Notes under the pieces: generated by a model
The model's input: the letters and a program-made list of their open reading frames with translations, nothing else
Database searches by the model: none
Told to the model about the DNA's origin: nothing
DNA from: Gaiellaceae bacterium
GTDB taxonomy: Bacteria > Actinomycetota > Thermoleophilia > Gaiellales > Gaiellaceae
Length of the DNA stretch: 59,522 nucleotides
Assembly: GCA_041557575.1 (NCBI GenBank)
Contig: JBFFGH010000001.1
Location: 1 to 59,522, forward strand
Direction of reading: 5' to 3'
Shown: positions 58,237 through 59,522 of the stretch, piece after piece
Position numbering within the stretch: position 1 is the first letter of the stretch
Layout of the letters: each line of letters opens with the position of its first letter
Position numbers and translations under genes: made by a program

Positions 58237-59522
58237 GTGAAGACTCGGCCCGTGTCACGCTACGTCGCGCTCGCCGTCTGCGCACTCCTCGCCGGATCGG
58301 CCATCGTCATGACGTTGCAGTCGCTCGCCCTGGCCGCCGACGGGTCGTACTACCTCGTGCGAATACTCGGCGACCAGGCCGTGTTCGGCCCGGACGCACG
58401 CCTCTTCACGAACGCAGTGCGCCAGGCCCCCGTACTGGCATCGGCGCAACTCGGGCTCAGTGACACGCAGCTTCTGACGCTCGCCCACGGGACAGGCCAG
58501 CTGCTCCTACCCGCCGTCGTCTGGTCGATGGCCGTCCTGCTCGCGCGTGCCGATCGGCTGGTGTTCTCTGCCGTGTCGATGACCGCCGCTGTCTGTGCGG
58601 CGAGCACGTGGTACTTCAGCGTGAGCGAGAGCGTTCTCGCCGTCCCGCTGACCGTCCTCGTCGCCGTCCTTCTATGGCGGCCGGACGCGTGGGGCCCGCA
58701 CCACGCTGCTCTCGGAGCCACGGCCTCCGTGGTCCTCGTCGCAGGCTACGAGACTGCCGTCGCCACAGGCCTCCTCCTCGCCGGTTGGGCAGGCTGGCGC
58801 GCCGCCGCCGCACGAACTCGGATGGACAGGAGCGGCTCCGTGTTGGTGTCCGCCGCCGCGTCTGCGTCGGTGCTCGTCGGCGTCGTCGGACTACAGGATC
58901 CAAGCGAGGCACCGAGCGGCCAGGCATTCCTCTACGTCCTCGTGTCGCTCATGCCGGGGTCGATGTACGTCGGCCTCGCCGGGATCACACTGGTCGTCGG
59001 GGGATCGCTCTTCTCCTCGGGGACACCTCGCCGCGTCGCGATCACCGCGGGCGCTCTTCTCATCGTCACCGCGGCGCTGGTGTACGAGGGCACAGTGACC
59101 GCCGCCTACGAGGCGCGAGCAGGCGCGACGCTCGCATCGATCGTCCTTCTCCTCGTCCTCTGGTGGAACTGGAGGAACAAGCGCTCGATCGACACGGAGA
59201 CCCGATGGGGCGAGGAGCCCCTCCTTCCGCTGTTCTCAGTGGTCGCCGTCGGCGTCCTTCTCACACCCGCCCTGCTGGCGTCGGCCGACTGGGCGCGCAG
59301 CCTCGACGCCTTCAGAGCAGTGCTCACTCGTACCGACGGCGTTGCCCTCGCCGACGAGGTCCTGCCCGCCGAGCGGCAGGACGTCCTCTACGACTGGACG
59401 AGCAGCTCGCTCTCGCTGATCGTCCGGAGCAGACCAACGGACGGCGTTCTCATCGATCGCAACCCGAGCCTCGTCCCGTTCCCTCCCGAGCGCGCTCGCG
59501 AGCAACTCTCGGACGACTTCTC
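58237..59522 (+). CDS. polytopic membrane protein, 3'-truncated by the window edge
   Basis: The reading frame containing codon 58258 is open to the end of the window (more than 420 codons). GC3 is high and there are multiple hydrophobic spans (e.g. ALAVCALLAGSAIVMTL, LASIVLLLVLWW). It is absent from the track because no stop is reached. Start is GTG 58237 or GTG 58252. Confidence 0.6.
   Translation, partial: MKTRPVSRYVALAVCALLAGSAIVMTLQSLALAADGSYYLVRILGDQAVFGPDARLFTNAVRQAPVLASAQLGLSDTQLLTLAHGTGQLLLPAVVWSMAVLLARADRLVFSAVSMTAAVCAASTWYFSVSESVLAVPLTVLVAVLLWRPDAWGPHHAALGATASVVLVAGYETAVATGLLLAGWAGWRAAAARTRMDRSGSVLVSAAASASVLVGVVGLQDPSEAPSGQAFLYVLVSLMPGSMYVGLAGITLVVGGSLFSSGTPRRVAITAGALLIVTAALVYEGTVTAAYEARAGATLASIVLLLVLWWNWRNKRSIDTETRWGEEPLLPLFSVVAVGVLLTPALLASADWARSLDAFRAVLTRTDGVALADEVLPAERQDVLYDWTSSSLSLIVRSRPTDGVLIDRNPSLVPFPPERAREQLSDDF

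Overview
This is a very GC-rich chromosomal segment (roughly 70 % by eye, not computed). Its synteny looks actinobacterial: rpmE-DUF1385-prfA-prmC-tsaC-glyA-upp-wecA-atpI/B/E/F/H/A/G. I call about 62 protein genes. I saw no rRNA, tRNA, CRISPR array, transposase or integrase.

Layout:
- 0-11 kb: a leucine/branched acyl-CoA catabolic mosaic. It holds methylcrotonyl-CoA carboxylase beta and alpha, a crotonase and an acyl-CoA dehydrogenase, interleaved with opposite-strand membrane, SCP2 and aldolase genes.
- 10.7-20 kb: YcnI-like protein, a persulfide-dioxygenase-like MBL plus rhodanese fusion, a meaB-ilvA-cyclase/STAND operon, and an MFS pump.
- 20-24 kb: metH, preceded by a structured leader.
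- 24.6-45.2 kb: the F1Fo ATP synthase genes.
- 45-54.7 kb: housekeeping and translation genes.
- 54.7-58.2 kb: etfB-etfA-ETF:quinone oxidoreductase.
- From about 58.2 kb: a membrane-protein gene that runs off the 3' edge and is missing from the ORF track.

Main second-look items:
- The ATP synthase operon is split. atpDC lies 13.25 kb away from atpI..G. The gap holds an Opp-type transporter, an orphan RsrA-like membrane anti-sigma factor and a six-gene MoxR-DUF58-VWA (Bat-like) module.
- At least 12 operon-first genes carry a TAnnnT box 6-9 nt before the start codon and have no SD, which suggests leaderless transcription. A CGATAnnnT(C/G) subclass of these boxes marks five promoters.
- The metH leader has a hairpin that sequesters the SD.
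- Several enzyme-level oddities are listed in the findings.

Many long Arg/Ala/Pro-rich ORFs in the track are antisense or out-of-frame shadows of real genes (high-GC artefacts) and were rejected. All coordinates and starts were derived by hand from the sequence. All family assignments come from recalled motifs, not from searches.
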